From assembly GCA_002306315.1 (NCBI GenBank), contig DBRK01000035.1:1-53098 (forward strand): DNA of 53,098 nucleotides, in the 5' to 3' direction. Of this stretch, positions 1 through 10,394 are shown one piece after another. The first letter of the stretch is position 1, and every line of letters begins with the position of its first letter. Under the pieces are notes generated by a model. The model was not told where the DNA came from, made no database searches, and saw nothing but the letters and a program-made list of their open reading frames with translations. The position numbers and the translations under genes are program-made. This DNA is from Patescibacteria group bacterium UBA1370 (GTDB lineage: Bacteria > Patescibacteriota > Microgenomatia > UBA1400 > PJMF01).

Positions 1-896
1 CGGCGGGTGGGATCATCTTTGGGAAGATCCATATATTCAATCTTAAGTTCGGCATCCGGTCCGCGAACTGCTTCCTCAATAATCCGGGCAGTTTCCATGA
101 TGCTGTGTTCTTCAGGGTTTCCTAAGTTGACGGTTTCACCTTTGGCTTTATCCACACTCATCAACAACATTAAGCCTCTGACTAGATCGGACACGTAGCA
201 ATACGACCTGGTTTGTGAACCATCGCCATACACAGTCAGCGGTTCGCCTTTGAGCGCCTGCGTGGCTAGGTTGGGAATCACCCGGCCATCAGTGGGATCA
301 ATTCTGGGACCATAAGTGTTAAAAATCCGGGCTATCCTGACATCCATACTGTATTTCCGACTGAAGACGCCGCAGATTGCCTCGCCCATACGTTTGCTCT
401 CGTCATAGCAGGAGCGTTCACCGTTGGGATTGACGTTGCCCCAATAGCTTTCCGGCTGGGGATGCACCTCCGGATCGCCATAGACTTCTGAGGTGCTGGC
501 AAACAGAAACCTCGCCCCCGGATATTTTTGCTTCAAGTAGGTGAGTAAATTATGTGTTCCCACGGTATTGATCAAGTAGGTAGCCACCGGATGGGCTTGA
601 TACCGAGGCGGGCTAGCAGGAGAGGCCAGATGAAAAACCGCGTCCAAGTTAACTTCTACCGGCAGATATTCATCGGGAAATTTGCCGGCATCGGCTTGAA
701 CAAACTCGAACCTTTCGTGGCTGGATTTCTTAGCCTCAACATCATACAGATGCTGAAGATTTTCCATCCGGCCGGTGATGAGATTATCGACACCCAAAAC
801 TCGGGCTTCAGCAACCAATAGGGCATCAACCAGGTGCGAGCCAATAAAACCCGCAGCCCCGGTTACCAACACGGTTTTGTTTTTGAAGTAATCCAT
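1..896 (-). CDS. UDP-glucuronate decarboxylase-like NAD-dependent sugar epimerase/dehydratase (SDR); C-terminus cut by the window edge
   Basis: My own minus-strand translation from the ATG at 894-896 gives MDYFKNKTVLVTGAAGFIGSHLVDALL (Rossmann GxxGxxG). The frame stays open to position 1 and includes GDGSQTRSYCYVSDLV and LPKDDPTRR, typical of the UXS/ArnA-type family. It is missing from the ORF track because there is no stop in the window. Confidence 0.8.
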   Translation of the reverse strand, partial: MDYFKNKTVLVTGAAGFIGSHLVDALLVAEARVLGVDNLITGRMENLQHLYDVEAKKSSHERFEFVQADAGKFPDEYLPVEVNLDAVFHLASPASPPRYQAHPVATYLINTVGTHNLLTYLKQKYPGARFLFASTSEVYGDPEVHPQPESYWGNVNPNGERSCYDESKRMGEAICGVFSRKYSMDVRIARIFNTYGPRIDPTDGRVIPNLATQALKGEPLTVYGDGSQTRSYCYVSDLVRGLMLLMSVDKAKGETVNLGNPEEHSIMETARIIEEAVRGPDAELKIEYMDLPKDDPTR

Positions 897-1000
897 ATAA
901 ATTTTCTAAAGAAGTTTGTCCTCAGCGGACTTTCAGGATATGATTATATGACTAAATTGCTCTGTCATCATTCTAGACATAAAAAAAGCCGCAGTACAGT

Positions 1001-2482
1001 ATGAAGAAATTACTACTCAACCAGCTCCCCGTTCTAAGCCTGATTGTTATTGCTCTCATGTTCCGCTTGCCGCAAATCAGCGGCTCGTTCAACAATCTGG
1101 AATCCGGCGCAGCCCTGAGATCTACCCAACCAGTAATGACGCAGCTTGCAGATTTCCGCGTGTTGTTGTCTCCCGTTTTTAGCCTGATTCTTTTTGTCAC
1201 TCAACTTGTTTCCCACCAGGAGTGGTGGCTGCGATTCTGGGTGGCGCTGATACCGGGATTAATTACCATTTTTGCCACTTATAAAATTGGCGAAAAACTG
1301 CACTCGCAACTTACAGCTACCTTGGCTGCTTTGCTCCTAGCCAGCAGTTCATTTCATATTTACTTTTCCCAAGAATTAAGACCTTTTGCCCTGACCGCAA
1401 TGATCGCAATGGTAGCCTGGTATTTAATCATTGAAGGCCGGCTCGGAGAAGATAGAAAGCGCTATTTGTTGTTTGGCTTGATATCTGTAGTCGGTATGCT
1501 GACTCAGCACACCTATCCTTATGTTTTTATTGCCCAGCTTGTTTATGTTTATTACCGGCAAAGAGAGTTCTTCTGGCCGGCTTTGATTGTCGGCGGTTTC
1601 TGCGCCATCGCGTTCCTGCTGCAAATCCCTATCCTAGTCAATGCTCTCAGGCAACTCCAGGAAATCCGCAGCGACTTGCCAGAAATTGACGAGGTGATAG
1701 TTTTGCCGGCGCAGAAATTCATACCATTTCTGATCGGTACTTTTGTGTACGGCGTGATGGAGTTTAATTTCACCCCGCTGCAGATTTTCCCGGGCATACT
1801 CATCATTATCATCGCTGGTGCTTTAACTATTATCAACTTGGCAACCATGAAGAAAAAAATCCAGCCAGCCATCGATTTTACTGCTATGTCATTCCTAATC
1901 CCGGTGGGATTGCTGCTGATGATAACATTATTTTTTCCGGTGATCCAACCCCGAGCAGTGTTGTTCCTGCTGCCGATTTTTTACATTTATATCAGTGCCA
2001 TTGCCTCGCCGCATCTGAGCCAGACTGTTGGTACCACTAGAGGTGGCTTATCTGTCTTGTTGCTGATTACCATTGCCCTGATCAACATCCGCAGCACGGT
2101 GGAATACAACATCACCCCCAAACTGCAGCGGGAAAACTGGCGCCAACTGGTAGCCAGGATTGAAGATCGTTTTCCCGACCACAATTCTTGTCTGGCATTT
2201 AAGCTTCCGGAAGCACCAGCGCCGGTAATTTGGTATACGCAGGATACTGATTATAAAAAATTGACCTTAGGCGAAAATCATGTTTCTCAGGTGCCTAACC
2301 TTAACACCCAATACGCGGCTGCAGACAGCTGCAATCGGGTGCTGCTTTTTGATTATCAGAGTCACATCACTGATCCGGAAAACAAAGTGGAAGAAACCAT
2401 TGGAAACTTAGGTTTCCGCGACGTTGGCCGACTCACCCAGCCGCTCATCGGCGATGTTCATGTGTATACACGCTCTTTTTAG
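1001..2482 (+). CDS. polytopic membrane protein, GT-C fold glycosyltransferase-like (PMT_2/ArnT-type guess)
   Basis: 493 aa with many hydrophobic segments and a soluble C-terminal domain. It sits in a glycosyltransferase island. The family assignment is by architecture only. Confidence 0.45.
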   Translation: MKKLLLNQLPVLSLIVIALMFRLPQISGSFNNLESGAALRSTQPVMTQLADFRVLLSPVFSLILFVTQLVSHQEWWLRFWVALIPGLITIFATYKIGEKLHSQLTATLAALLLASSSFHIYFSQELRPFALTAMIAMVAWYLIIEGRLGEDRKRYLLFGLISVVGMLTQHTYPYVFIAQLVYVYYRQREFFWPALIVGGFCAIAFLLQIPILVNALRQLQEIRSDLPEIDEVIVLPAQKFIPFLIGTFVYGVMEFNFTPLQIFPGILIIIIAGALTIINLATMKKKIQPAIDFTAMSFLIPVGLLLMITLFFPVIQPRAVLFLLPIFYIYISAIASPHLSQTVGTTRGGLSVLLLITIALINIRSTVEYNITPKLQRENWRQLVARIEDRFPDHNSCLAFKLPEAPAPVIWYTQDTDYKKLTLGENHVSQVPNLNTQYAAADSCNRVLLFDYQSHITDPENKVEETIGNLGFRDVGRLTQPLIGDVHVYTRSF

Positions 2483-2485
2483 GTT

Positions 2486-2491
2486 TAGAAT
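2486..2491 (+). promoter_or_regulatory. -10-like TAGAAT, 6 nt before ATG 2498 (leaderless geometry)
   Basis: TAGAAT-gtaggt-ATG read directly. There is no TG extension, and co-transcription with the upstream gene is also possible. Confidence 0.25.
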
Positions 2492-2497
2492 GTAGGT

Positions 2498-3646
2498 ATG
2501 AAGGTTGGACTCGATATAACTCCAATTATTTATAGTCGCGGGGTTTCCCGCTACACTTCCAACCTGGCTATCAGTTTATTGGATTACACGGCTTTGTCGT
2601 TAAGTCTCTACGGCTCCAGTCTGCGAGGTTTTGCTCCTCTAAAATCTGCTGCCAAAAAGATCTCCAAGATTGCTCCTGGCCGGACCTCAGTGCAACTGCA
2701 ACATTATCCCCCGAGCGCCCTGGACTTGCTTTGGCGCCTAGGTGTGAACCGGCTGAGTAATCAACTGCCGGGTATCAAGGTTTTTCATTCCTGGGACTGG
2801 CTGCAGCCACCTGATACCAATTTTGCCCTAGTGTCTACTATTCATGACTTAGCCATGCTTAAATTTCCGGAAACAGCCCATCCTAAAATCCTGGCGATGC
2901 ACCGCCGCTCTTGGGAGATACTGAAAAAACGCCAGGCACACGTTATTGCTGTCAGCCGTACCACTAAGGCTGATATTGTCAGTCTGCTTGGTTATTCTTC
3001 CTACCTAGTGCATGTAGTTCATGAGGCGCTGCCTACCGAAGTGAGAATGGTGGCAGAAAAACTCACGGAAGAGAAGTATGACCGGATTAAAAACAAGTTG
3101 AAGCTGGATAAACCTTTTGTATTATTTGTTGGCACCCGGGAGCCGCGCAAAAATCTACTCAGGCTGATTAAAGCCTGGGAGCCGCTAGCTAACGATTTTG
3201 ATTTGCTGATAGCGGGCGAAGCTGGCTGGGATAAAACCAGTGAAGCCGATACTGTAACCACCCAAGAAAAAGGCCTGCGCTTCTTGGGCAGAGTGTCCGA
3301 TGAGGAACTGGCAGTTTTATACTCAGAGGCTGCTGTGTTTGCTTACCCCTCCCTCTATGAAGGTTTTGGTTTGCCTATTTTGGAAGCTTTCAGCTACGGG
3401 ACACCGGTCGTCACCTCCAATAATTCCGGGATGCAGGAAGTAGCAGGCAATGCCGCCGAATTGGTCGATCCTGAATCGGAAGAGAGCATCCGAGCTGGAT
3501 TAGAAAAGGTATTAAGCGAAACCGCCGGCGAACAGCAAAAACGGCTGCAGCGGATGATCATCAGGCAGCAGATGTTTAGCTGGCAAACAGTCGCCAGACA
3601 AACGTCCACAGTATACAAGAAAGCCGCCGAGGATTTCGCTTCTTAA
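2498..3646 (+). CDS. glycosyltransferase family 4 (GT-B, retaining)
   Basis: C-terminal EX7E-type signature YPSLYEGFGLPILEAFSYGTPVVTS, and FVGTREPRKN before it. Confidence 0.8.
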   Translation: MKVGLDITPIIYSRGVSRYTSNLAISLLDYTALSLSLYGSSLRGFAPLKSAAKKISKIAPGRTSVQLQHYPPSALDLLWRLGVNRLSNQLPGIKVFHSWDWLQPPDTNFALVSTIHDLAMLKFPETAHPKILAMHRRSWEILKKRQAHVIAVSRTTKADIVSLLGYSSYLVHVVHEALPTEVRMVAEKLTEEKYDRIKNKLKLDKPFVLFVGTREPRKNLLRLIKAWEPLANDFDLLIAGEAGWDKTSEADTVTTQEKGLRFLGRVSDEELAVLYSEAAVFAYPSLYEGFGLPILEAFSYGTPVVTSNNSGMQEVAGNAAELVDPESEESIRAGLEKVLSETAGEQQKRLQRMIIRQQMFSWQTVARQTSTVYKKAAEDFAS

Positions 3647-3653
3647 AGGAAAA

Positions 3654-4838
3654 ATGATCAAGATAGCTATTGACGGTAACGAGGCCAACATCAGCAATCG
3701 GGTAGGCAGCAATGTTTATGCGTTTGAGTTATTAAGAAGCCTGGAAAAACTGACCCACTCCAACCAAAATATCGATTTTACAGTTTTGCTCCGCCAGCAA
3801 CCAATTACCGACCTGCCCAAAGCCAGGTTGCGATGGAACTATCGGGTAGTTGGTCCCAGTCGGTTATGGACACAATGGGCATTGCCGCTGCATCTTTTCG
3901 CCTATCGTCACCAGTATGATCTCCTGTTCAGTCCCGGTCATTATGCGCCGCATACCTGTCCGGTTCCGTATGTGTCCTCGATCATGGACACTGCTTATTT
4001 AGATTTTCCTGATCATTTCCGCAAGACTGATTTGTTCCAACTGACTTTTTGGACTAAGAGAGCTGTAAAAAATGCTGCCAAAATCGTCGCCATCAGCGAG
4101 GCTACCAAAGCCGATATTGTGCGACATTACCATAAAAAACCACAAGATATTGTGGTTATATACCCTGCGCACACCGTGAAAAGAATAATTTTCACAGAAG
4201 CGGAAAAGAGTAAATTTTTTAAACAAAACCGCATCTCCGAACCCTATATTTTGTTTGTCGGCACCATTCAGCCCCGCAAGAATTTGACCACCCTTGTAGA
4301 AGCTTTTGAGATTTTTACCCGCATGGCCGCCAGCCGTGCCCTAAAAACCAGCCGCCGCACCAGCACCAAAACCTGTTCCGTAGCACCTAAGCTGGTGTTG
4401 GCTGGTAAAACCGGCTGGATGGCTGACAGCACCCTGGAACGAATTGATGCTTCGCCCCTGAAACAACGGATTATCCTGACCGGTTTCGTGACTGAGGCGC
4501 AAAAACAGATGCTCTACAAGAATGCTCTGGCTAGTGTTCTCATCGGCACCCACGAAGGCTTTGGCATTCCGCCGCTGGAATCGTTGGCGCACCGGACGAT
4601 CCCAGTGGTATCAAATACAACTAGTCTGCCAGAGGTGGTGGGAGATGCCGGTTTGCAGGTGGACCCCACCAATGCCCAAGCAGTTGCTGATGCTCTTTGG
4701 CAGGTTTATACTCTGACTGCCCGCGAACGGGCTCTCTACCGCCGCAAGGCCGCAGATCAAGTGAAAAGATTTTCTTGGGATAAGTCAGCGCGCATAGTTC
4801 TCAATACTCTTGAGAGTGTGGCTGCAGATCACAAATGA
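3654..4838 (+). CDS. glycosyltransferase family 4
   Basis: FVGTIQPRKN and HEGFGIPPLESLAHRTIPVVSN motifs; AAGGA Shine-Dalgarno upstream. Confidence 0.8.
   Translation: MIKIAIDGNEANISNRVGSNVYAFELLRSLEKLTHSNQNIDFTVLLRQQPITDLPKARLRWNYRVVGPSRLWTQWALPLHLFAYRHQYDLLFSPGHYAPHTCPVPYVSSIMDTAYLDFPDHFRKTDLFQLTFWTKRAVKNAAKIVAISEATKADIVRHYHKKPQDIVVIYPAHTVKRIIFTEAEKSKFFKQNRISEPYILFVGTIQPRKNLTTLVEAFEIFTRMAASRALKTSRRTSTKTCSVAPKLVLAGKTGWMADSTLERIDASPLKQRIILTGFVTEAQKQMLYKNALASVLIGTHEGFGIPPLESLAHRTIPVVSNTTSLPEVVGDAGLQVDPTNAQAVADALWQVYTLTARERALYRRKAADQVKRFSWDKSARIVLNTLESVAADHK
4176..4195. repeat. perfect palindrome GTGAAAA-gaataa-TTTTCAC (site A of a recurring motif), intragenic
   Basis: Read directly: 4176-4182 GTGAAAA and 4189-4195 TTTTCAC. 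The same arms occur at 12082, 41013 and 47120. Confidence 0.6.
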
Positions 4839-5365
4839 ACAAATTCGCCCCGATAACCATCCTCAGCATCGACCCAGGCTACGACCGGGTGGGCTGGGCT
4901 ATTGGCGAGTTGTCTGGCACTAGCTATCATTTAATCAATTGCGGATGTATCGAAACCAACAACAAAGCTGATATATTTGCCCGCTACATACAAATTCAAG
5001 AAGAACTGGAAGGGATTATCAGCGCCCACCAACCAAAAATCGCCGCTCTAGAGACGCTTTATTTTTCCAAGAACCGCACTACCGCAATCAGAGCCAGTGA
5101 AGCCCGCGGCATCATCATCGCCACGCTTCTGAACCACCAACTTGAGCTCTTTGAATACAATCCCGGGGAAATCAAGCTCGCTGTCACCGGCTATGGCAAT
5201 GCTGATAAAAAAGCCGTGGAAAAAATGGTGCGCATGCAGACTCAAGTCAACCAAAACAAACTTCTCGATGATGCCTTGGATGCGGTGGCCGTCGGCATGA
5301 CACATGCGCTGACATCGCATGCACTCAGAACTAAAGCCGCCCTCAACAAAGCCGCTGGTTCGTAG
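4835..5365 (+). CDS. ruvC: crossover junction endodeoxyribonuclease RuvC
   Basis: ILSIDPGYDRVGWAI N-terminal catalytic Asp motif and C-terminal DDALDAVAVG. ATGA overlap with the upstream gene. Confidence 0.85.
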   Translation: MNKFAPITILSIDPGYDRVGWAIGELSGTSYHLINCGCIETNNKADIFARYIQIQEELEGIISAHQPKIAALETLYFSKNRTTAIRASEARGIIIATLLNHQLELFEYNPGEIKLAVTGYGNADKKAVEKMVRMQTQVNQNKLLDDALDAVAVGMTHALTSHALRTKAALNKAAGS

Positions 5366-5371
5366 TATGCT
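5366..5371 (+). promoter_or_regulatory. -10-like TATGCT, 6 nt before ATG 5378 (leaderless geometry)
   Basis: TATGCT-ttgagt-ATG read directly. Confidence 0.3.
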
Positions 5372-5377
5372 TTGAGT

Positions 5378-5953
5378 ATGTTCGCCTTTCTTTCTGGCAA
5401 ACCAATTGTTCTCCGTGACAGGCTGATTCTCGACGTTAATGGCGTCGGTTACGACGTTGACGTCAGCACCGAGACACTGTCTGAGCTGATCGGCAATGAT
5501 CTTGCCTCCCTTTACATTTACACCTATGTCCGCGAGGATCGCATCGAACTTTATGGTTTTATCACACCGGAAGAAAAAGAGTTGTTCACCTTGCTGTTGG
5601 ATGTATCCGGAGTCGGGCCAAAAACAGCCCTGGCAATTGTCGGCCGGGGCACGCACGCCCTGATAGAGGCAGTGCAGCAAGCTAATGTTTCCTTTTTCAC
5701 CTCTGTTCCCAGAGTGGGCAAGAAATCAGCCCAAAAAATCATCATTGAACTAAAATCCAAACTCGGTGGCATCAAAGATTTGGACCTTGGCCCCAAGACA
5801 CCGCTGGAACAAGACATTGCCGAAGCCCTCACCACACTTGGTTTTTCGGACGCGGATATCAGTTCTGCCATGAGCAGCATGGATACCGAGAATATTTCTC
5901 TGGAACAAGGTGTTCAGCAAGCTATTAAATTGCTTGGATCGGCGAGAAAGTAA
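5378..5953 (+). CDS. ruvA: Holliday junction branch migration complex subunit RuvA
   Basis: MFAFLSGKP...VNGVGYDV OB-fold start and the helix-hairpin-helix motif VSGVGPKTALAI. The track ORF starts at TTG 5372; ATG 5378 is preferred. Confidence 0.85.
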   Translation: MFAFLSGKPIVLRDRLILDVNGVGYDVDVSTETLSELIGNDLASLYIYTYVREDRIELYGFITPEEKELFTLLLDVSGVGPKTALAIVGRGTHALIEAVQQANVSFFTSVPRVGKKSAQKIIIELKSKLGGIKDLDLGPKTPLEQDIAEALTTLGFSDADISSAMSSMDTENISLEQGVQQAIKLLGSARK

Positions 5954-5954
5954 G

Positions 5955-6983
5955 ATGACACTTGATAACAACAACTTAGCTGTTTCGCCAACTCTCAGCC
6001 CGGAAGAGGAGGTGCTTTTTACTTCCCTCCGGGCAAATGATTGGGAAGAATTTTTTGGCCAGGAACAAATTAAACAATCCCTGCGCATTGCTATCAAGGC
6101 TGCCAAACAACGCAGTGAGTCGATGGATCACACGCTCTTGTACGGGCCACCGGGGTTGGGGAAGACGACTTTGTCTCACATTATCGCCAAAGAGTTGGGA
6201 GTTAACATCAAAATTACGTCTGGCACCGCCCTAACAAAAGCCGGAGACCTGGCGGCAATTTTGACAAATTTAGAACCTGGGGACATCTTGTTTGTGGACG
6301 AAATCCACCGCCTGCCCAAAAATGTTGAAGAAACCCTTTATCCGGCCATGGAAGATTTTGCCCTTGATATTGTTATCGGCAAAGGTCCATCAGCCCGGAC
6401 AATCCGCCTGGATTTACCGAAGTTCACCCTGGTCGGGGCGACCACCCGGTTTGGGTTGCTGGCAGGGCCATTTCGAGACCGTTTTGGTTTGATTCACAGG
6501 TTGCAGTACTATCCCCCCGAAACTCTAGCGACGATTATGTTGAAAGCTGCCAAAAAGCTATCCATCAAGGTCACGCCAGAAGCTGCCGAGGAAATCTCCA
6601 AACGCTCCCGTGGCACACCGCGGGTTGCCTTGAAGCTCCTCAAGCGCGTCCGTGATTATGTCCAAGTAGATGGCCGTGACTTGATTGAACCCACCGATGT
6701 TGATCGCGCTCTGGAGATGTTTGCCATCGATAGGATGGGGTTGAGCGACTCGGATCGGCGTTTTCTGGTGCAGATAATAGAAAAACATCATGGTGGTCCG
6801 GTAGGCTTGTCCACGATTGCCGCCACCCTCAATGAAGATGCCCTGACAATTGAGGAAGTGCTCGAACCATACTTGCTGCAAACTGGCTTAATCCAGCGCA
6901 CACCTCAGGGCAGGGTCATCACCAAAGCCGGCTACGAACATGTGGGTTTGCCTTATCCCGAAAGCAAACTCAAAAGAAAATAA
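5955..6983 (+). CDS. ruvB: Holliday junction DNA helicase RuvB
   Basis: Walker [14 protein letters not shown] and Walker [13 protein letters not shown] 5955 directly follows the ruvA stop (5951-5953), whereas the track start at 5910 would overlap ruvA. Confidence 0.9.
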   Translation: MTLDNNNLAVSPTLSPEEEVLFTSLRANDWEEFFGQEQIKQSLRIAIKAAKQRSESMDHTLLYGPPGLGKTTLSHIIAKELGVNIKITSGTALTKAGDLAAILTNLEPGDILFVDEIHRLPKNVEETLYPAMEDFALDIVIGKGPSARTIRLDLPKFTLVGATTRFGLLAGPFRDRFGLIHRLQYYPPETLATIMLKAAKKLSIKVTPEAAEEISKRSRGTPRVALKLLKRVRDYVQVDGRDLIEPTDVDRALEMFAIDRMGLSDSDRRFLVQIIEKHHGGPVGLSTIAATLNEDALTIEEVLEPYLLQTGLIQRTPQGRVITKAGYEHVGLPYPESKLKRK

Positions 6984-7021
6984 CTCAGCGCTTAAGACCG
7001 TTCCTGTTTGCCGTCAAGTTC

Positions 7022-7030
7022 TGCTACAAT
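7022..7030 (+). promoter_or_regulatory. extended -10 TGcTACAAT, 6 nt before ATG 7037 (leaderless geometry)
   Basis: TGCTACAAT-ggctcc-ATG read directly. Confidence 0.4.
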
Positions 7031-7036
7031 GGCTCC

Positions 7037-7648
7037 ATGAGCAGCACATCCTTGACGGGACGCCGATCCCTGCCGGAAAAAATTACTAATCGCCTAGCCA
7101 CAATTTGGCTGGAGGTTGTCACCGGTATTCTTTGGTGGGGGGTAGGGTGGTATCCCTCTCATTTGGTAAGACGATTTTTTTATCGACTGGCCGGCATGAA
7201 AATCGGCCGGGGAAGCACAATCCACATGATGGCAAGAATTTATGATCCCCGGAATATTATTATCGGTGAGGACACTCTGATTGGTGAAAAAGCCACGTTG
7301 GACGGCCGGAGACAGCTTAAAGACTCGCATGGCGGTCTGGAGATCGGCAGCCATGTTGATATCGCTTCCGAGGTCATGATTTGGACCAGTGAACACGATC
7401 TGGCGGATCCGGATATGCGACCAATTGAGGAGAAGGTGGTTATCGAAGATTATGTTTTCATTGGACCCCGGGCGATAATTCTTCCTGGAGTAAGAGTCGG
7501 CAAAGGAGCGGTAGTGGCTGCCGGCGCAGTGGTGACCAAGGACGTTGAGCCTTTTAGTATTGTTGCCGGTGTACCAGCCAAACCAATAGGCACTCGCCAA
7601 AACCAAAACCCTGACTATAAACTCGGCCGGCCACGATTGTTTCAATAA
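7037..7648 (+). CDS. hexapeptide-repeat (left-handed beta-helix) O-acetyltransferase with an N-terminal membrane segment
   Basis: Repeated [LIV]-G-x4 hexapeptide pattern ([46 protein letters not shown]), similar to WcaF/NeuD-type sugar acetyltransferases. Confidence 0.7.
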   Translation: MSSTSLTGRRSLPEKITNRLATIWLEVVTGILWWGVGWYPSHLVRRFFYRLAGMKIGRGSTIHMMARIYDPRNIIIGEDTLIGEKATLDGRRQLKDSHGGLEIGSHVDIASEVMIWTSEHDLADPDMRPIEEKVVIEDYVFIGPRAIILPGVRVGKGAVVAAGAVVTKDVEPFSIVAGVPAKPIGTRQNQNPDYKLGRPRLFQ

Positions 7649-7650
7649 AT

Positions 7651-8679
7651 ATGAAAAAATCCGATTGCATCCTCTCGATGATTATTGTTTCCTACAACAC
7701 CAAAGAGTTGACGTTTGATTGCCTGGATTCCGTGGCCCGTGACCTACGCCGGTCGGTAACACTGTTGCCTGCAACCGAGATGATCGTCATTGACAATAAA
7801 TCAACCGATGGCTCGGTTGAAGCAATTAAACAATTTGCCAAAGAAAATAAAGATATCAAGATCACCTTGATAGAAAATCCCAAAAACACGGGTTTTGCTG
7901 CCGCCAATAATCTGGGCATTGCCAAAGCTAAAGGCCGTTATCTGTTACTCCTTAACTCCGACACCTATGTTCAAGCCGGGGCGCTGGAGCAGCTGGTAAT
8001 GAGTTTCGAAGTCCTTCCACAAGACAACACTTCAAGTGTCCTATCTTCTGAGCCGAGAAAACTCAATAGACTGGGGATCCTGGCTGCCACCTTAATAAAC
8101 AAGGACGGCACCTATCAACCTCAGGGCGGTGGTTTTCCCAACTTGCTGAGCATCATGAATCACATGCTGCTTCTTGATGACCTGCCGCTGATTGGCAAGT
8201 TTTTGCCCTCAACTCAGCACACCGGCCACAACGGCCGGGGTTTTAGTCTAAATGAACCAATTCAGAGCATGGAACTGCGACAGCGGGACTGGGTAGCTGG
8301 CACCGCCATGATGATCCACCGTGAGGTGATTGACGAAATCGGCAACCTGGACGAGCATTTGTTTATGTACGGAGAAGATGTGGAATTTTGCATGCGGGCG
8401 CGTAAACATCACTGGGATATTGCCGAACACCCGGGAGCCAGAATAACCCACTTCCGCAGCCAGAGTTCCTCAAAAACCAATGCTATCGTTGGCGAATTTA
8501 AAGGTTATTATTACATTTGGTCAAAACACAAACCGCTGTGGCAGGAGCCATTTTTGAAATTTTTCTTGCAGGTTGGCGCGCTGCTCAGGAAAACAATTTT
8601 TGGTAAAATTGCCGGCAAAGCAGACTTGGCTGACGCCTACCAGCAAGCCCTTCTAGCCATACCTAGAAACAGGAGATAA
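7651..8679 (+). CDS. glycosyltransferase family 2
   Basis: IIVSYNT, IDNKSTDGS, NTGFAAANNLG and LLNSDT (DxD-type) motifs. Confidence 0.8.
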   Translation: MKKSDCILSMIIVSYNTKELTFDCLDSVARDLRRSVTLLPATEMIVIDNKSTDGSVEAIKQFAKENKDIKITLIENPKNTGFAAANNLGIAKAKGRYLLLLNSDTYVQAGALEQLVMSFEVLPQDNTSSVLSSEPRKLNRLGILAATLINKDGTYQPQGGGFPNLLSIMNHMLLLDDLPLIGKFLPSTQHTGHNGRGFSLNEPIQSMELRQRDWVAGTAMMIHREVIDEIGNLDEHLFMYGEDVEFCMRARKHHWDIAEHPGARITHFRSQSSSKTNAIVGEFKGYYYIWSKHKPLWQEPFLKFFLQVGALLRKTIFGKIAGKADLADAYQQALLAIPRNRR

Positions 8680-8681
8680 AC

Positions 8682-10394
8682 ATGCCCAAAAATCTAAAAA
8701 AAGCTTTAACTTGGTTAGATAATAATATTCTCTTGGTGTTGGGCGGTTTGTTGGTTGCGTTTATACCTTTGTATCCCAAGTTGCCGTTATTTGAGGCAAT
8801 CCCCGGCTATATAGTGAGGGTTAGGTTAGAAGACTTGGTTATTCTCGCCACTGCTTTAATCTGGTTTATACAGCTGCTACGTCGCAAAGTGTCATTCAAA
8901 ACACCTCTGACCCCGTTGATTATCGCCTACGCGGTGGTGGGCTTGCTTTCCACGCTTTCAGCAGTAGTAATCACCAAAACTGTCCCGGTCAGCCCGCTGC
9001 ATATCGGCAAAACTCTGCTGCATTATTTCCGATATCTGGAGTACTTCTCATTGTTTTTTATTCTGTCTTCAGCGGTCAAAAACCGCCGCGACTTGAAGGT
9101 GTTGCTGGTTGTCATGGCTCTGACCCTGGTGGGAGTAGGAATTTACGGTTTCGGCCAAAAATATTACTACTGGCCGGTGTACTCAACCATGAATCGGGAA
9201 TTCAGCAAAGGGGTGAGGTTGTATCTGACCGAGCACGCTCGGGTGCAATCGACCTTTGGTGGCCATTATGATCTAGCCGCCTATTTGGTCATTCTCTTGC
9301 CGCTGCTCTTGGCTTTGTATTACGGCTTAAAGAAAAAATCAGTGAAGTTTTTGGTTTTCGTTGCTTTCTTGCTGGGTTTGTGGTTGTTGGTCACTAGTGC
9401 TTCCCGAACTTCTTTTGCTGCTTTCTTTTTGGGAGCTCTGGCTGTTGTGCTGCTTTTTGCCTGGCAAAGAAAACGCTGGCTGGAGAGAATTGCCTTTACT
9501 GTCACCAGATATGGAGGATTATTGGCAATTTGTTTTCTAATGCTGGTTAGTTTTGGCGATGATATGTACGAACGCCTGTTGCAGGTGCTGGAAGGTTATC
9601 CGGCTGTTTACAAACCATACATGCAAGCAGCCAAGACTGTGAGCGGTACAGTCAATGAGCTGGCGCCGGTGATCAAAGAAATCCCATTCTTTACAGCAGA
9701 AAAACCAGAAAACGGTTTATCTACTGAGGACGCTGAAGTCCTGGTAGCTTCCGACCAGCGGCCAGTTGAGGAAAACCCCAAAGACTTGCCTAGCGACGTC
9801 TATGTGATTGTGCCGGATGTAAAAAAAGTGGCAACTATTTCTGCCACCGGCCAAATTGAAATTATCGAGGTGCAAACTGAGCGCACTTATTCACCGAATG
9901 CTCTAAGGTATGGGTTGTCGCTGGCAATCCGGCTGGATGAACTCTGGCCAAAAGCGCTGAAAGGCTTTTACCGCAATCCGGCGTTAGGCAGCGGTTATGC
10001 CACCCTAACCAAGGACTCAACCATCCACTTTACCGAGGCTGAAAGTACCGATAACAATTACTTGCGGGTATTAGGCGAGACAGGCTTGCTTGGCTTCCTC
10101 ACCTTTTATGGCACTATTGCTGCGGCTATGTATTGGGCGTACCGTCTTTACAAAAAGAACAAGAATAAAAACTTCCTCTACACCGCGCTGGCGGTCGGCT
10201 ACATTGGCGCCAGTGTGGCGCTGCTCTTCAATGCCACTTACATCGATGTTTATGCAGCTTCGAAGGTTGCCCTGACTTATTGGGCGCTGACTGGCATTGT
10301 TTTGGCTGTAGCGATGACAGAGTTGCCGGAGAGTCGGGAGTTCTTAGGCAAGTTCGATCTGGCTCAACTCAAAAAGAAATTATTAAAAAAATGA
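8682..10394 (+). CDS. O-antigen ligase/polymerase-like (Wzy_C domain) polytopic membrane protein
   Basis: About 12 hydrophobic segments, a Wzy_C-like TSASRTSFAAFFLGALAV segment and a large extracytoplasmic loop. AGGAG Shine-Dalgarno upstream. Confidence 0.6.
   Translation: MPKNLKKALTWLDNNILLVLGGLLVAFIPLYPKLPLFEAIPGYIVRVRLEDLVILATALIWFIQLLRRKVSFKTPLTPLIIAYAVVGLLSTLSAVVITKTVPVSPLHIGKTLLHYFRYLEYFSLFFILSSAVKNRRDLKVLLVVMALTLVGVGIYGFGQKYYYWPVYSTMNREFSKGVRLYLTEHARVQSTFGGHYDLAAYLVILLPLLLALYYGLKKKSVKFLVFVAFLLGLWLLVTSASRTSFAAFFLGALAVVLLFAWQRKRWLERIAFTVTRYGGLLAICFLMLVSFGDDMYERLLQVLEGYPAVYKPYMQAAKTVSGTVNELAPVIKEIPFFTAEKPENGLSTEDAEVLVASDQRPVEENPKDLPSDVYVIVPDVKKVATISATGQIEIIEVQTERTYSPNALRYGLSLAIRLDELWPKALKGFYRNPALGSGYATLTKDSTIHFTEAESTDNNYLRVLGETGLLGFLTFYGTIAAAMYWAYRLYKKNKNKNFLYTALAVGYIGASVALLFNATYIDVYAASKVALTYWALTGIVLAVAMTELPESREFLGKFDLAQLKKKLLKK

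Noticed and set aside
148-156. Perfect consensus DnaA box TTATCCACA
   Set aside because: It is a single copy inside the UXS-like coding region. A given 9-mer is expected about 0.4 times in this window by chance, and there is no cluster or AT-rich unwinding element.
5048-5680. 210-aa ORF antisense to ruvC/ruvA. The same applies to 7094-7645 antisense to the acetyltransferase, 22056-22592 antisense to glyQS and 43387-43914 antisense to ileS.
   Set aside because: All are contained in confidently identified genes on the other strand, and none shows a family signature.
10280-10390. N-terminal extensions given by the ORF track (10280, and likewise 5910, 13016, 22858, 25134, 27212, 30975 and 44003)
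   Set aside because: The extensions overlap the preceding gene and encode non-homologous, often basic peptides. In each case a downstream ATG gives a canonical protein N-terminus and a sensible Shine-Dalgarno, ATGA-coupling or -10 geometry.
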